Assembly (NCBI GenBank): GCA_028286725.1
Contig: JAQBQZ010000007.1
Coordinates: 71,262-135,261, forward strand
Length of the DNA: 64,000 nucleotides
From: Candidatus Tayloriibacteriota bacterium
Lineage (GTDB): Bacteria; Patescibacteriota; Minisyncoccia; Phycocordibacterales; CAIRYW01
Direction: 5' to 3'
The notes below the pieces were generated by a model. That model ran no database searches. It saw only the letters and a program-made list of their open reading frames with translations, and was not told where the DNA came from. A program made the position numbers and the translations under genes. Of this stretch, positions 20,577 to 28,390 are shown in pieces (positions within the stretch are counted from its first letter, which is position 1; each line of letters starts with the position of its first letter).

Positions 20577-20605
20577 AAAAGGTCTCTGAAGTGACTCAGA
20601 GACCT
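20577..20605 (-). terminator. Intrinsic terminator downstream of the 158-aa gene
   Basis: Minus strand aggtctctga-gtcact-tcagagacct-tttt. Confidence 0.7.
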
Positions 20606-20650
20606 CCCGCAATGGAATAAGATCCACTTTAGGATTAACTTTTACTCATT

Positions 20651-21127
20651 CTAATTATAAGCATCCACAGTACCATCACCATCCTTGTCATAGAAGCAAT
20701 CTGGTGTGTAGTCATCCCAGCAGTACTGGTACATAGTTCCATTACCGTAATTTGAAGGATTGACATGGTCTGCTTTTCCTCGAAGATACACAAGCATGTC
20801 ATACGTCATCCCAAGCTTTATTTTGTTCGAAGCTAGACTGTCACAATCTTCTTTAGACCAGTCTGGATGCTTCGCACACAGCTGTCCTGCTTTGGTAGAT
20901 TTCCAAGTAGCTAAGTTAGCCGCATCTTTCGCATCTTTTACTTTCTGTACCTCTGCTTGCTTCTCATCTGCTAGTGCTTTGTTCTTTGCAATCCTCTCGT
21001 CCATCTTGATTTGCTCTGGTGTTCTTATGGAAGCAACATTCAGTGCATGGATTATGTAGCCAGACGCAACGAGCATGAAAACAACTATTCCTAATCCAAT
21101 CAGTGAGTATCTTTTTAGTTTACTCAT
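20651..21127 (-). CDS. Membrane-anchored protein
   Basis: N-terminal TM helix, IKLGMT..ML motif (SmpA/BamE-like), four Cys, DKDGDG Ca-loop-like tail. Confidence 0.65.
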   Translation of the reverse strand: MSKLKRYSLIGLGIVVFMLVASGYIIHALNVASIRTPEQIKMDERIAKNKALADEKQAEVQKVKDAKDAANLATWKSTKAGQLCAKHPDWSKEDCDSLASNKIKLGMTYDMLVYLRGKADHVNPSNYGNGTMYQYCWDDYTPDCFYDKDGDGTVDAYN

Positions 21128-21132
21128 ACAGA

Positions 21133-21381
21133 TTATGATTTAGGCTCGTCAGTTACTAATCTCTGTCCCATTGGAGAATCAACGGGAATCATTGTAGGCT
21201 TCTTGCACTTAGGACAAGCGTCCTGCTTGCTTGTCAGTCTCCAGAGTGAGTAGACGAGTCCTGGTATTATCAAAAACAACCACAATACTATTTCTATTAA
21301 AATGCTTCCCTGAGCAATCTTCTTTGGATATCCTACATATCCGCAAGAGGTGCATACAAACTTTTGAGATTCTTTTGTCAT
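21133..21381 (-). CDS. Small membrane protein with a split zinc ribbon
   Basis: CTSC - hydrophobic hairpin (LWLFLIIPGLVYSLW) - CPKC. Confidence 0.75.
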   Translation of the reverse strand: MTKESQKFVCTSCGYVGYPKKIAQGSILIEIVLWLFLIIPGLVYSLWRLTSKQDACPKCKKPTMIPVDSPMGQRLVTDEPKS

Positions 21382-21426
21382 AAGGATTTGTTAACTGCTA
21401 ATCCTGTGACGAGTTTTTGGGGACAC

Positions 21427-21567
21427 AAAAATCCCGTTACAGGTAGTGGCCGAAACCACTCGTGCAGATTTCTCCACACGGCAATTCACGCGACCCTATA
21501 ACGGGGTTTTTATGCGTGAATTGACTAACTTTCACCATGCCAGCAATTGCTTGTTGGTTTAGGCTAC
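21427..21567 (-). ncRNA. c4/CI-like antisense RNA with upstream target sites
   Basis: Minus-strand closing stem cccgttatagg/cctgtaacggg followed by a U-run; GAAA-capped stem; agtgg-tttcgg-ccact stem; upstream complementary sites caattcacgc and gtagcctaaacc. Confidence 0.7.
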
Positions 21568-21628
21568 TTCTACCTATTCAGTTGTAGTTCTATTTTATAA
21601 CAAATATTGAATTATTAAAACTAACCAA

Positions 21629-22117
21629 TTAAGGATATAAATTGTACAGAGCATTTGCTAGTTCGTCTCTTGAAACAAATTTTTCATGACTAATAGCCCA
21701 TCCTAATTCATTTGTTCCTCGTCCTAATGCAATATGAGCGATTCCAAAGTCAGACGGATAATCCGGCTTGTTTCTGGTTTTTGGTGTTTCGAATTTAACC
21801 ATTGGTATTCTTACTCTTCGAAATAATTCATATACTTTCTTTACTTCGGGACGCGTATCTATTTTTTTAAGCACTCGTATAAATTCATATCCAGCTATTA
21901 CCCAAAGAGATGCTAGAAAAGATATCTCATCAACTTTTTCTATATTTTTAATATCATCTAATTGATCTTTAATAACTTCCCATTCGCTAGAAAGTTTATA
22001 GTCAAGTTTCCCTAATGCTTGAAAGTTATAAAGAAGAAGTTGATATGGATTTTGACTAGGAAATCGGAATGACTTTTTTATCCAACCTTCTAAAGTTCTA
22101 TTTTTTACTACTATCAT
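21629..22117 (-). CDS. Hypothetical cargo protein (HEPN-like helical pattern)
   Basis: Overlaps the upstream gene by 20 nt; W...YE..R and RRVRIPMVK motifs. Confidence 0.55.
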   Translation of the reverse strand: MIVVKNRTLEGWIKKSFRFPSQNPYQLLLYNFQALGKLDYKLSSEWEVIKDQLDDIKNIEKVDEISFLASLWVIAGYEFIRVLKKIDTRPEVKKVYELFRRVRIPMVKFETPKTRNKPDYPSDFGIAHIALGRGTNELGWAISHEKFVSRDELANALYNLYP

Positions 22118-22970
22118 GTTTAAATATTTTTGATATTACATCATCTATTTTTGACAGAACACGGTCCTTGAAAGAGAAATCGAGTTCTTTAGGATAGGAG
22201 GTTGAATTTTTATGAAAGTCCTCATCCAATGGATACATAACATTAATTTGTGTTAAAAAACCATCTTTATCACCTTGACTTACTCCACCACCATAACTAA
22301 AACCGTGTGTCTTATTAAAACCATGATTAACCCTTCTGCAACTAATTCCAACAAAGCCGGGTGTGTTTGATGACGGTAAAGGTATACATTTAAGAGGTAT
22401 GGTGCCAAGAGCCACTGTCTTATATAACAATATTCCAGTTTTTTGATCAATATACTTTGCAGCCTCACGAGGAATGTAATAACCTTCAAAAAGATAGTAG
22501 TCACCCTTTAATGTATTTTGATCAAGAAAGGGATCAAGATGTAAATCTTTTTGTTGGAATATGATTGATTCTTTTTCATGTTTCTTTGAAAAGTTCTCAA
22601 GACCCCAACCTAGAAATGAAAAAACTGGCCCTCCGTCATTAAAGGTTGGACTTTCAGTACTGACACCTTTCGGTCTTTTAATAGATTTAAAGAATCCAGA
22701 TCTAATACCATCACCTGAAATTTGAGCTTTACCATCAATATGTTGCATTAATTTAGGTTTACGAGTTACATACCATTCATCCTTTTTGTCTATGGGTACA
22801 ATCATGGTTCTGGCACCTGTAAGTTGAAACCGTATTTTTGTAATCCAGTAACGTCCTTTAGCAGATGACAGGTCAGTAATAAAATAACCGTTTGTCTTAT
22901 CATAACCAAGGACAAAAATGTTGTATTTTTCTGTTCCAATCTGGATTGAGATGTAATACTTTTTACTCAT
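22098..22970 (-). CDS. Hypothetical beta-rich cargo protein
   Basis: 290-aa ORF tightly coupled to both neighbours; family not recognised. Confidence 0.7.
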   Translation of the reverse strand: MSKKYYISIQIGTEKYNIFVLGYDKTNGYFITDLSSAKGRYWITKIRFQLTGARTMIVPIDKKDEWYVTRKPKLMQHIDGKAQISGDGIRSGFFKSIKRPKGVSTESPTFNDGGPVFSFLGWGLENFSKKHEKESIIFQQKDLHLDPFLDQNTLKGDYYLFEGYYIPREAAKYIDQKTGILLYKTVALGTIPLKCIPLPSSNTPGFVGISCRRVNHGFNKTHGFSYGGGVSQGDKDGFLTQINVMYPLDEDFHKNSTSYPKELDFSFKDRVLSKIDDVISKIFKHDSSKK

Positions 22971-22971
22971 T

Positions 22972-23730
22972 TTATTTGAACTTTAGTTTACTGGCTGTAT
23001 CTGCCCATCTTTTAGATAGTTCCTCTAATTCTGTGTTCAGGCCCCAGTTAAATTGAGCATTTGCTTCTTGTGCAATATGAAAAAGGCAGTCAAATGATAC
23101 AACCAGAGTGCTTTTTACTAGATCCCAATTAGGTCCAATATTCAAAATAGTCCGATGCATATACTCATTCATGCTTCGTGCATTGGTGTGTCCTACAGTG
23201 CACTGTAAACGATATATAGTGTTATAAGCGTCCGATCTACCAACAGATTCAGACATTCCTTTAATACTTTTATCTGACCATGTGCCATTTTGATATTTAT
23301 ATTTCTCCATCACTTTTTTATATTCTGCCTCAACTTCTGCCAGAACATCTTGTTTATTACTAGCCTCTATTTCTTGATTTAATCCAGCAAGCAGTGATTC
23401 CTTCGAGACAACATAATCGTACATTTGCTTTCTCGTTACCCAATCATGGTTCATGTAGCGAGTCAGTCTGTCATCTGTAGTGTCTTGGGAAATATATGCT
23501 GTTGTTATCATCAACTCAAATAATGTTCTCGCAAGCATAAAAGCATCCTCACCGTAACCATTTTTACAAAGAAGGAGGATTGCTTCATGTGACTTAAAAG
23601 CCTTTCCAATAGCAAAAGCAACAAAGAAAGATTTATTATTTCCCTCTGTGATATCTAGTTGAAGTTTAGTGTCTACTAGCTTATGTAGCTCGTCATTAAG
23701 GTCGAGCAGTTTTTTTACATCTTCATTCAT
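22972..23730 (-). CDS. DUF5677-like (HEPN-related) protein
   Basis: AILLL..NG..EDA..LARTLFE...W...SIK.M...YRLQCTVGH pattern. Confidence 0.65.
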   Translation of the reverse strand: MNEDVKKLLDLNDELHKLVDTKLQLDITEGNNKSFFVAFAIGKAFKSHEAILLLCKNGYGEDAFMLARTLFELMITTAYISQDTTDDRLTRYMNHDWVTRKQMYDYVVSKESLLAGLNQEIEASNKQDVLAEVEAEYKKVMEKYKYQNGTWSDKSIKGMSESVGRSDAYNTIYRLQCTVGHTNARSMNEYMHRTILNIGPNWDLVKSTLVVSFDCLFHIAQEANAQFNWGLNTELEELSKRWADTASKLKFK

Positions 23731-24021
23731 AAGTGTATTTTAGCATTTATGATATGGAATTGCTGTCAGTTAATAATTAATCCTATATATCCTAAAATAT
23801 ATACTGGAGTATCTCCTGAGTTCATTTGCAGTGGTCAGGAGATTTATAACGAAAGATAACGACATGTTCAGGTTCTAACTCGATACGAAAATATGTCACT
23901 ACCAGTCTTCGAGGTATATAAAAGGAGTTGTCGAGACAAATCTAATCCCATAACTCCACAATTTTAAATGCTGAATGATACTCTGTAGTGTAATAGTAGG
24001 TTCTAATCTCAGATAACAGAT

Positions 24022-24069
24022 TCCACAAATAAAAACCACCTTGAAAAGGGTGGTCTTTTTATTTGTGGA
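24022..24069 (+). terminator. Original tRNA-Ala terminator hairpin, now at attR
   Basis: tccacaaataaaaaccacc...ggtggtctttttatttgtgga. Confidence 0.8.
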
Positions 24070-24243
24070 CCCTAAGCAAGTGCTAAACGCACTTGCGTGC
24101 GGATTCGAACGGTTTTCGCATTGAGTTTGTAGTAACAAGCGAAGCGAAAACCGGTGCCCAGAAATTCAATATGCGACGGCATATTAAATTTCGAGGGAGA
24201 AATTCCGCTAGGGAAAGTGCTAAATGCACTTTCGGGCGGATTC
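24063..24243. repeat. Multi-hairpin element built around inverted and direct tRNA-Ala 3' fragments
   Basis: ttgtggacccta + hairpin + gcggattcgaac (antisense tRNA); tccgctaggg (sense); two copies of the aagtgctaaaYgcactt hairpin. Confidence 0.8.
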
Positions 24244-24316
24244 AAGCCATAAACAGCATATTAAACACATTTTGGTGTCTATGGTTTTTTAAGAATTTAT
24301 TGTATTATATTGAAAT

Positions 24317-24739
24317 ATGTCATCATCAACCACTAAAAGCATGGTAGGTCACGTACGCTTTCTTGGGTATACAACAGAAGCAGTGGAACCGAAAAACCCA
24401 AATGAAAAGCAAATTTTTGTTGCTCGTCATCCTCAAAAAAATAATATTGTTTTTTTTGAACTTTTTCCTTCTTTTACTATGTTTCGCGTCAATTTAACAA
24501 CTGAACGAAAATTTTCTCCGCAAATGGATAGTTTCATTAATAAAGCAAATAAGGCATTTTCGTTATCAAAAATGTACTACGAAATCGAGGCTGATACTGC
24601 CATCTTGAGAATAGAAGCTGTTTATACAGGGGAATATGTTAAAGAATGCTTCGGGGCTTTTCTTGAAATGTTTATTAGCGAACAAAATCTAATTTACCAA
24701 TTGGAAGGTTTTAGTGATATCTTTTTAGGTAAAGATTAA
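24317..24739 (+). CDS. Hypothetical protein (YbjN/secretion-chaperone-like fold possible)
   Basis: 140-aa alpha/beta ORF; FINKANK..S.SK.Y pattern. Confidence 0.55.
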   Translation: MSSSTTKSMVGHVRFLGYTTEAVEPKNPNEKQIFVARHPQKNNIVFFELFPSFTMFRVNLTTERKFSPQMDSFINKANKAFSLSKMYYEIEADTAILRIEAVYTGEYVKECFGAFLEMFISEQNLIYQLEGFSDIFLGKD

Positions 24740-24740
24740 A

Positions 24741-25265
24741 ATGAGAAAAATAATTTTAACAATTATAATTACAGCTCTTGTTAGTGTTACTCTGACAATG
24801 TCTATTTTAAGGACCACTTGGACCAACTATCAAATAAATTTATCTGATTGGTGGTCAATTGTTTCTACTATTATTAATATTATCTTAGTTTGTTTCTCTA
24901 TTTGGCAATATCTTGAAGCTGAAAATCAAAAGAAAAAGACAAAATCACAGGTTAAAATTTGGATGCAAGATGCAAAAGGTATTGTCGCTGCTTTAAATAA
25001 AGTACAAGGTATACACCATACAAAGATATCAGATATGTGTAATTCTATTTCAATGGTTGAAGCCTTTGCGAATTCGCTGTATCAAAGTTTATATGAAGAG
25101 CGTGTTGTTAAAGAAGAAGACTATCAAGAGACAGAAAAGAAAAAAAGTGACATCGTTACAGAACAAGAAATCCAACAACTTAAAAACCGTGCCTCCTTGG
25201 TTGAACCTAATGCAGTTTCATCTTCTAAGCCCGTCTTTTCAAATAGGGCTAATTTTGAAGAGTAA
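24741..25265 (+). CDS. Hypothetical membrane protein
   Basis: Two N-terminal hydrophobic helices; coupled to both neighbours. Confidence 0.65.
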   Translation: MRKIILTIIITALVSVTLTMSILRTTWTNYQINLSDWWSIVSTIINIILVCFSIWQYLEAENQKKKTKSQVKIWMQDAKGIVAALNKVQGIHHTKISDMCNSISMVEAFANSLYQSLYEERVVKEEDYQETEKKKSDIVTEQEIQQLKNRASLVEPNAVSSSKPVFSNRANFEE

Positions 25266-25267
25266 CC

Positions 25268-26308
25268 ATGAAAACAAAATCCTACGCCGTTACAACCCCA
25301 ACCACCCCCTTCGAACCCCTCACAATCGAGCGTCGCGAAGTCCGTCCTCAAGATGTATCAATCGAGATACTGTATTGTGGTATTTGCCACTCTGACATCC
25401 ACACAGCACGAAACGAATGGCCAGGGACAGTGTTTCCTGTTGTGCCAGGTCACGAGATTGTTGGACGAGTGACAGAAGTTGGAAGCGAAGTCATGAATGT
25501 TAAAGTCGGAGATACTGTAGGTGTTGGATGTTTTGTAGATTCTTGTCGGACTTGTGTGAACTGCAAGAACCACGAAGAATCATATTGTCTAAATGGTGCA
25601 ACAAGCACTTATGACTCAGGAGACAAAATAAGCGGAGGAAGAACTTATGGGGGATATTCAAAACAGATCATTGTCGACAAAGATTTTGTACTTAAGATAA
25701 CTCACAAAGAAAATATAGAGGCTGTCGCTCCACTTCTCTGCGCAGGAATCACAACATATTCTCCACTTAAACATTGGAATATCGGAAAAGGCCACAAGGT
25801 GGGAATAGTTGGTCTTGGAGGATTGGGACATATGGCACTCAAGCTCGCTGTTTCGTTCGGAGCTGAAGTCACAGTACTTGCTCGATCAAATGGCAAAGAA
25901 GCGGATGCAAAGAGACTCGGCGCACATCATTTTGAAGTCATAACAGATCCACAAAACGTACAGAGGCTCTATGCAAATTATGATTTTATTATTGATACTG
26001 TCTCAGCACCTCATGACTATAATCTGTATCTCGGGCTACTAAAAACAAATGGAAACATGATCTGTGTGGGTATACCGCCAGAGCCTGCAAAGATCGATAT
26101 GATGACTCTGATTGAAAAAGGAAGAAGCCTCTCGGGATCGCTCGTGGGCGGGATCAAAGAAACTCAAGAAATGCTCGACTATTGCGCGGAGCATAATATT
26201 GTCTCAGATATCGAAATGACGACGATTGATAAGATCGATGAAGCGTATGAACGAATTCTCAAAGGAGATGTTCGATACCGATTTGTGATAGACATGAAGT
26301 CGCTTTAA
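25268..26308 (+). CDS. Zn-dependent NAD(P) alcohol dehydrogenase (cinnamyl ADH family)
   Basis: CGICHSD, GHEIVG, structural Zn CRTCVNC...C, APLLCAGIT, GLGGLG, RYRFVID. Confidence 0.95.
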   Translation: MKTKSYAVTTPTTPFEPLTIERREVRPQDVSIEILYCGICHSDIHTARNEWPGTVFPVVPGHEIVGRVTEVGSEVMNVKVGDTVGVGCFVDSCRTCVNCKNHEESYCLNGATSTYDSGDKISGGRTYGGYSKQIIVDKDFVLKITHKENIEAVAPLLCAGITTYSPLKHWNIGKGHKVGIVGLGGLGHMALKLAVSFGAEVTVLARSNGKEADAKRLGAHHFEVITDPQNVQRLYANYDFIIDTVSAPHDYNLYLGLLKTNGNMICVGIPPEPAKIDMMTLIEKGRSLSGSLVGGIKETQEMLDYCAEHNIVSDIEMTTIDKIDEAYERILKGDVRYRFVIDMKSL

Positions 26309-26376
26309 ATTTAAGATTTATTAAAATTTTTAAAATAAAAAAACCAGCTGATCTTGCGATCGGCTGGGTTAAGTGT

Positions 26377-27096
26377 TCAATTTTCACGAAGGTTCTTCGT
26401 CAGATCCGCAACTCCCAAACTATAAATTTGAGGGACGATTTGTGGTACCGTCGCTCTGTCCAGTGTGCCCGGTTCGTAAAGTTCAATGAGATTCAGATTG
26501 GATTCTATGGTGCGAACCAAGAACTTGCCATACTGAGTCACGAAGAATTCCATAAACCCGGATACTTTGGACATGATCTGCTTGGCCAGGGACCAAAACT
26601 TTTTCTCAACAAGCCAATAATCTCGACTTGCATTTGCCGATAATTCTTCGGCATTGAAGTGTTGTGGCAGTTCGGTGAGAATCTTGGTTACCCAAGGTGC
26701 AAACGTATTAAAACACTCGTGTACTGTTTGTGAGTAGATCTGCAAGCGTCCGAGGATAGTCGGATCGTTTTGCTCAATATCAACAGCTCTATTTTCGAAA
26801 CCGAGCTCTCTTGCCACAAGGATTGCCTGTCGACAGAGTATACGAAATGTTTCACTATCGTTGTGTTGGTATTGAGGTAATGAGAGCAAATCACCAAAAG
26901 CATCGGCAACAGCCTTTCGTGCAAAAATAAAATCATCGTTGGTCAATCGGTTGAACAGAGCGGTGTTTTTATACCTTGGGTGTTCACGAAGAGTCTTTAG
27001 GACCAAACCAGCAGGCTGGTCGACGAGCCGGCAGATGAAGTAAGCGGTCAGTCGAAGAAAGCGTGTGATGGTGGGATCGAGGGCTGGTGTGTTCAT
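26377..27096 (-). CDS. Orphan cassette-type protein (239 aa)
   Basis: Start MNTPALDP; promoter TTTACA-N17-TATTAT; terminator ccagccgatc-gcaa-gatcagctgg-Tn. Confidence 0.65.
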   Translation of the reverse strand: MNTPALDPTITRFLRLTAYFICRLVDQPAGLVLKTLREHPRYKNTALFNRLTNDDFIFARKAVADAFGDLLSLPQYQHNDSETFRILCRQAILVARELGFENRAVDIEQNDPTILGRLQIYSQTVHECFNTFAPWVTKILTELPQHFNAEELSANASRDYWLVEKKFWSLAKQIMSKVSGFMEFFVTQYGKFLVRTIESNLNLIELYEPGTLDRATVPQIVPQIYSLGVADLTKNLREN

Positions 27097-27294
27097 GTGT
27101 GTGTGGGTGAAATTGAGAAAAAACAACTAAAAAAATAATAACATAATTTATCAATTTTGTAAATAAAAGAAGTAAAATAATAAATAAAGTTAATACTCCA
27201 AAAAAAAACGCATAAAAGCGGTTTTTGTTTTTTAAATAAAAAATCCCACAACTTTTGGTTGCGGGATTGGAATCGAGAACAATTTTTCCTTTGG

Positions 27295-27600
27295 TTACTT
27301 GGTAACCACGTAGCGGAGGGTAAGATCTTGGCCCTCAAATTTACCTTGCTCAGCCGGAGGGGCGTTTTTTGGATCACCCAAGATCCAGACGGCGGTGCAA
27401 GCATCTTCACCATAGTCAGCAGCCAAAAGGGTGCGGCAGAATTCGAGGATCATACTCCAATCTGCATCGGTGTAATGTGTGACAATATCGTCTCCGAGTT
27501 TTGTGACTACAGAGATTTCCCAGAAGAAGTCTGTGGTTTTTTTGCCGCCCAGCTTGCCGCGGAGAGGGAAAAGTGAAGGGTCGATTGCTGATGTGCTCAT
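27295..27600 (-). CDS. Orphan cassette-type protein (101 aa)
   Basis: Start MSTSAIDP; promoter TTGACA-N16-TATTGT; terminator atcccgcaac...gttgtgggat-Tn. Confidence 0.6.
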   Translation of the reverse strand: MSTSAIDPSLFPLRGKLGGKKTTDFFWEISVVTKLGDDIVTHYTDADWSMILEFCRTLLAADYGEDACTAVWILGDPKNAPPAEQGKFEGQDLTLRYVVTK

Positions 27601-27731
27601 GGATGGTGTGGAATAAATGGTGTTAAATAGCAGTGCCAAATACACAATAACATTAAAATGTATCTTGTCAATAACTTGAGGAATAAAAAAACCTCGTCCG
27701 GGTAGGGGCGAGGCAAGTAAGAACGAAAGAT

Positions 27732-27965
27732 TCAGGTTGGAAGTGTGACTACGAGAATTCGAGTCGATTCGTCAAATTCAGCATCAAATTTGTTGTGTGT
27801 GACTCCACACATGCTCGAGACGAAACTGCTCACTTTTGCCCTCCTTGGTGTTGCAAAATCTTGTTGAAACTTAGTACCATCATGTTTGACGACACTTATG
27901 GTCACTTTTTGCTCTGGACCAGGGATTGTGTCTTGCGAGTTAAGGCTGATACATGTTGTAGGCAT
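27732..27965 (-). CDS. Orphan cassette-type protein (77 aa)
   Basis: C-rich leader ccctgtttatttATG; terminator cctcg...cgagg-Tn. Confidence 0.55.
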   Translation of the reverse strand: MPTTCISLNSQDTIPGPEQKVTISVVKHDGTKFQQDFATPRRAKVSSFVSSMCGVTHNKFDAEFDESTRILVVTLPT

Positions 27966-28211
27966 AAATAAACAGGGTGATAGGTGCGGTTGTGCTACGA
28001 CTCATATTACATTTTCTGTCAAGAAAAGCAAATTCCAGTCATAATTATTTATATCTTGAAAGATATTTGAATCTTCTGCGTCTCCAACTATAGAACATAT
28101 TTCTGGACAGGACTCGGTTTGGAAATATGTGGGAATTGGGTGAGAGTGTTCTCGTGGCAACAATACTCTCGTTTGATAGATACTACTTATTACTATTAAT
28201 TTTAATTTTTT

Positions 28212-28364
28212 ATGTTAACAACAATTGCGACAGTACTTGTACTTCTATGGCTTATTGGTTTCTTAGGATTTCATGTTTTGGGAGGATTTATTCACATTCT
28301 TCTTGTGATCGCAGTCATTATGTTCCTTATCCGACTCATTAGAGGAGAAAATCCTGTAAGATAA
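28212..28364 (+). CDS. lmo0937/DUF5670-family small membrane protein (not in ORF track)
   Basis: MLTTIATVLVLLWLIGFLGFHVLGGFIHILLVIAVIMFLIRLIRGENPVR*. Confidence 0.88.
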   Translation: MLTTIATVLVLLWLIGFLGFHVLGGFIHILLVIAVIMFLIRLIRGENPVR

Positions 28365-28390
28365 CTATCAATCAGTATAAAAATAAATCT

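Larger units (their letters stand above)
15783..24028 (-). mobile_element. Integrated phage-satellite-like element (~8.2 kb) at the tRNA-Ala 3' end; att core TCCACAA at 15783-15789 and 24022-24028
   Basis: Serine recombinase and primase-helicase; all genes on the minus strand; 7-bp core repeat; the antisense copy near 24056-24074 is complementary to the reconstructed empty-site junction. Confidence 0.85.

Noticed and set aside
15783-24028. Complete prophage or conjugative element
   Set aside because: No capsid, terminase, tail, relaxase or type IV secretion genes lie within the att boundaries.
23899-24347. ORFs 23899-24138 and 24093-24347
   Set aside because: They overlap attR, the terminator and the tRNA-fragment hairpin element and are best explained as non-coding.
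26335-28030. Integron cassette array
   Set aside because: The hairpins look like terminators with U-tracts, lack paired RYYYAAC/GTTRRRY attC ends, the genes have their own promoters, and there is no IntI.
28090-28180. Two short hairpins upstream of the lmo0937-family gene
   Set aside because: The stems are ~9 bp with long loops and no recognisable motif; support is too weak.
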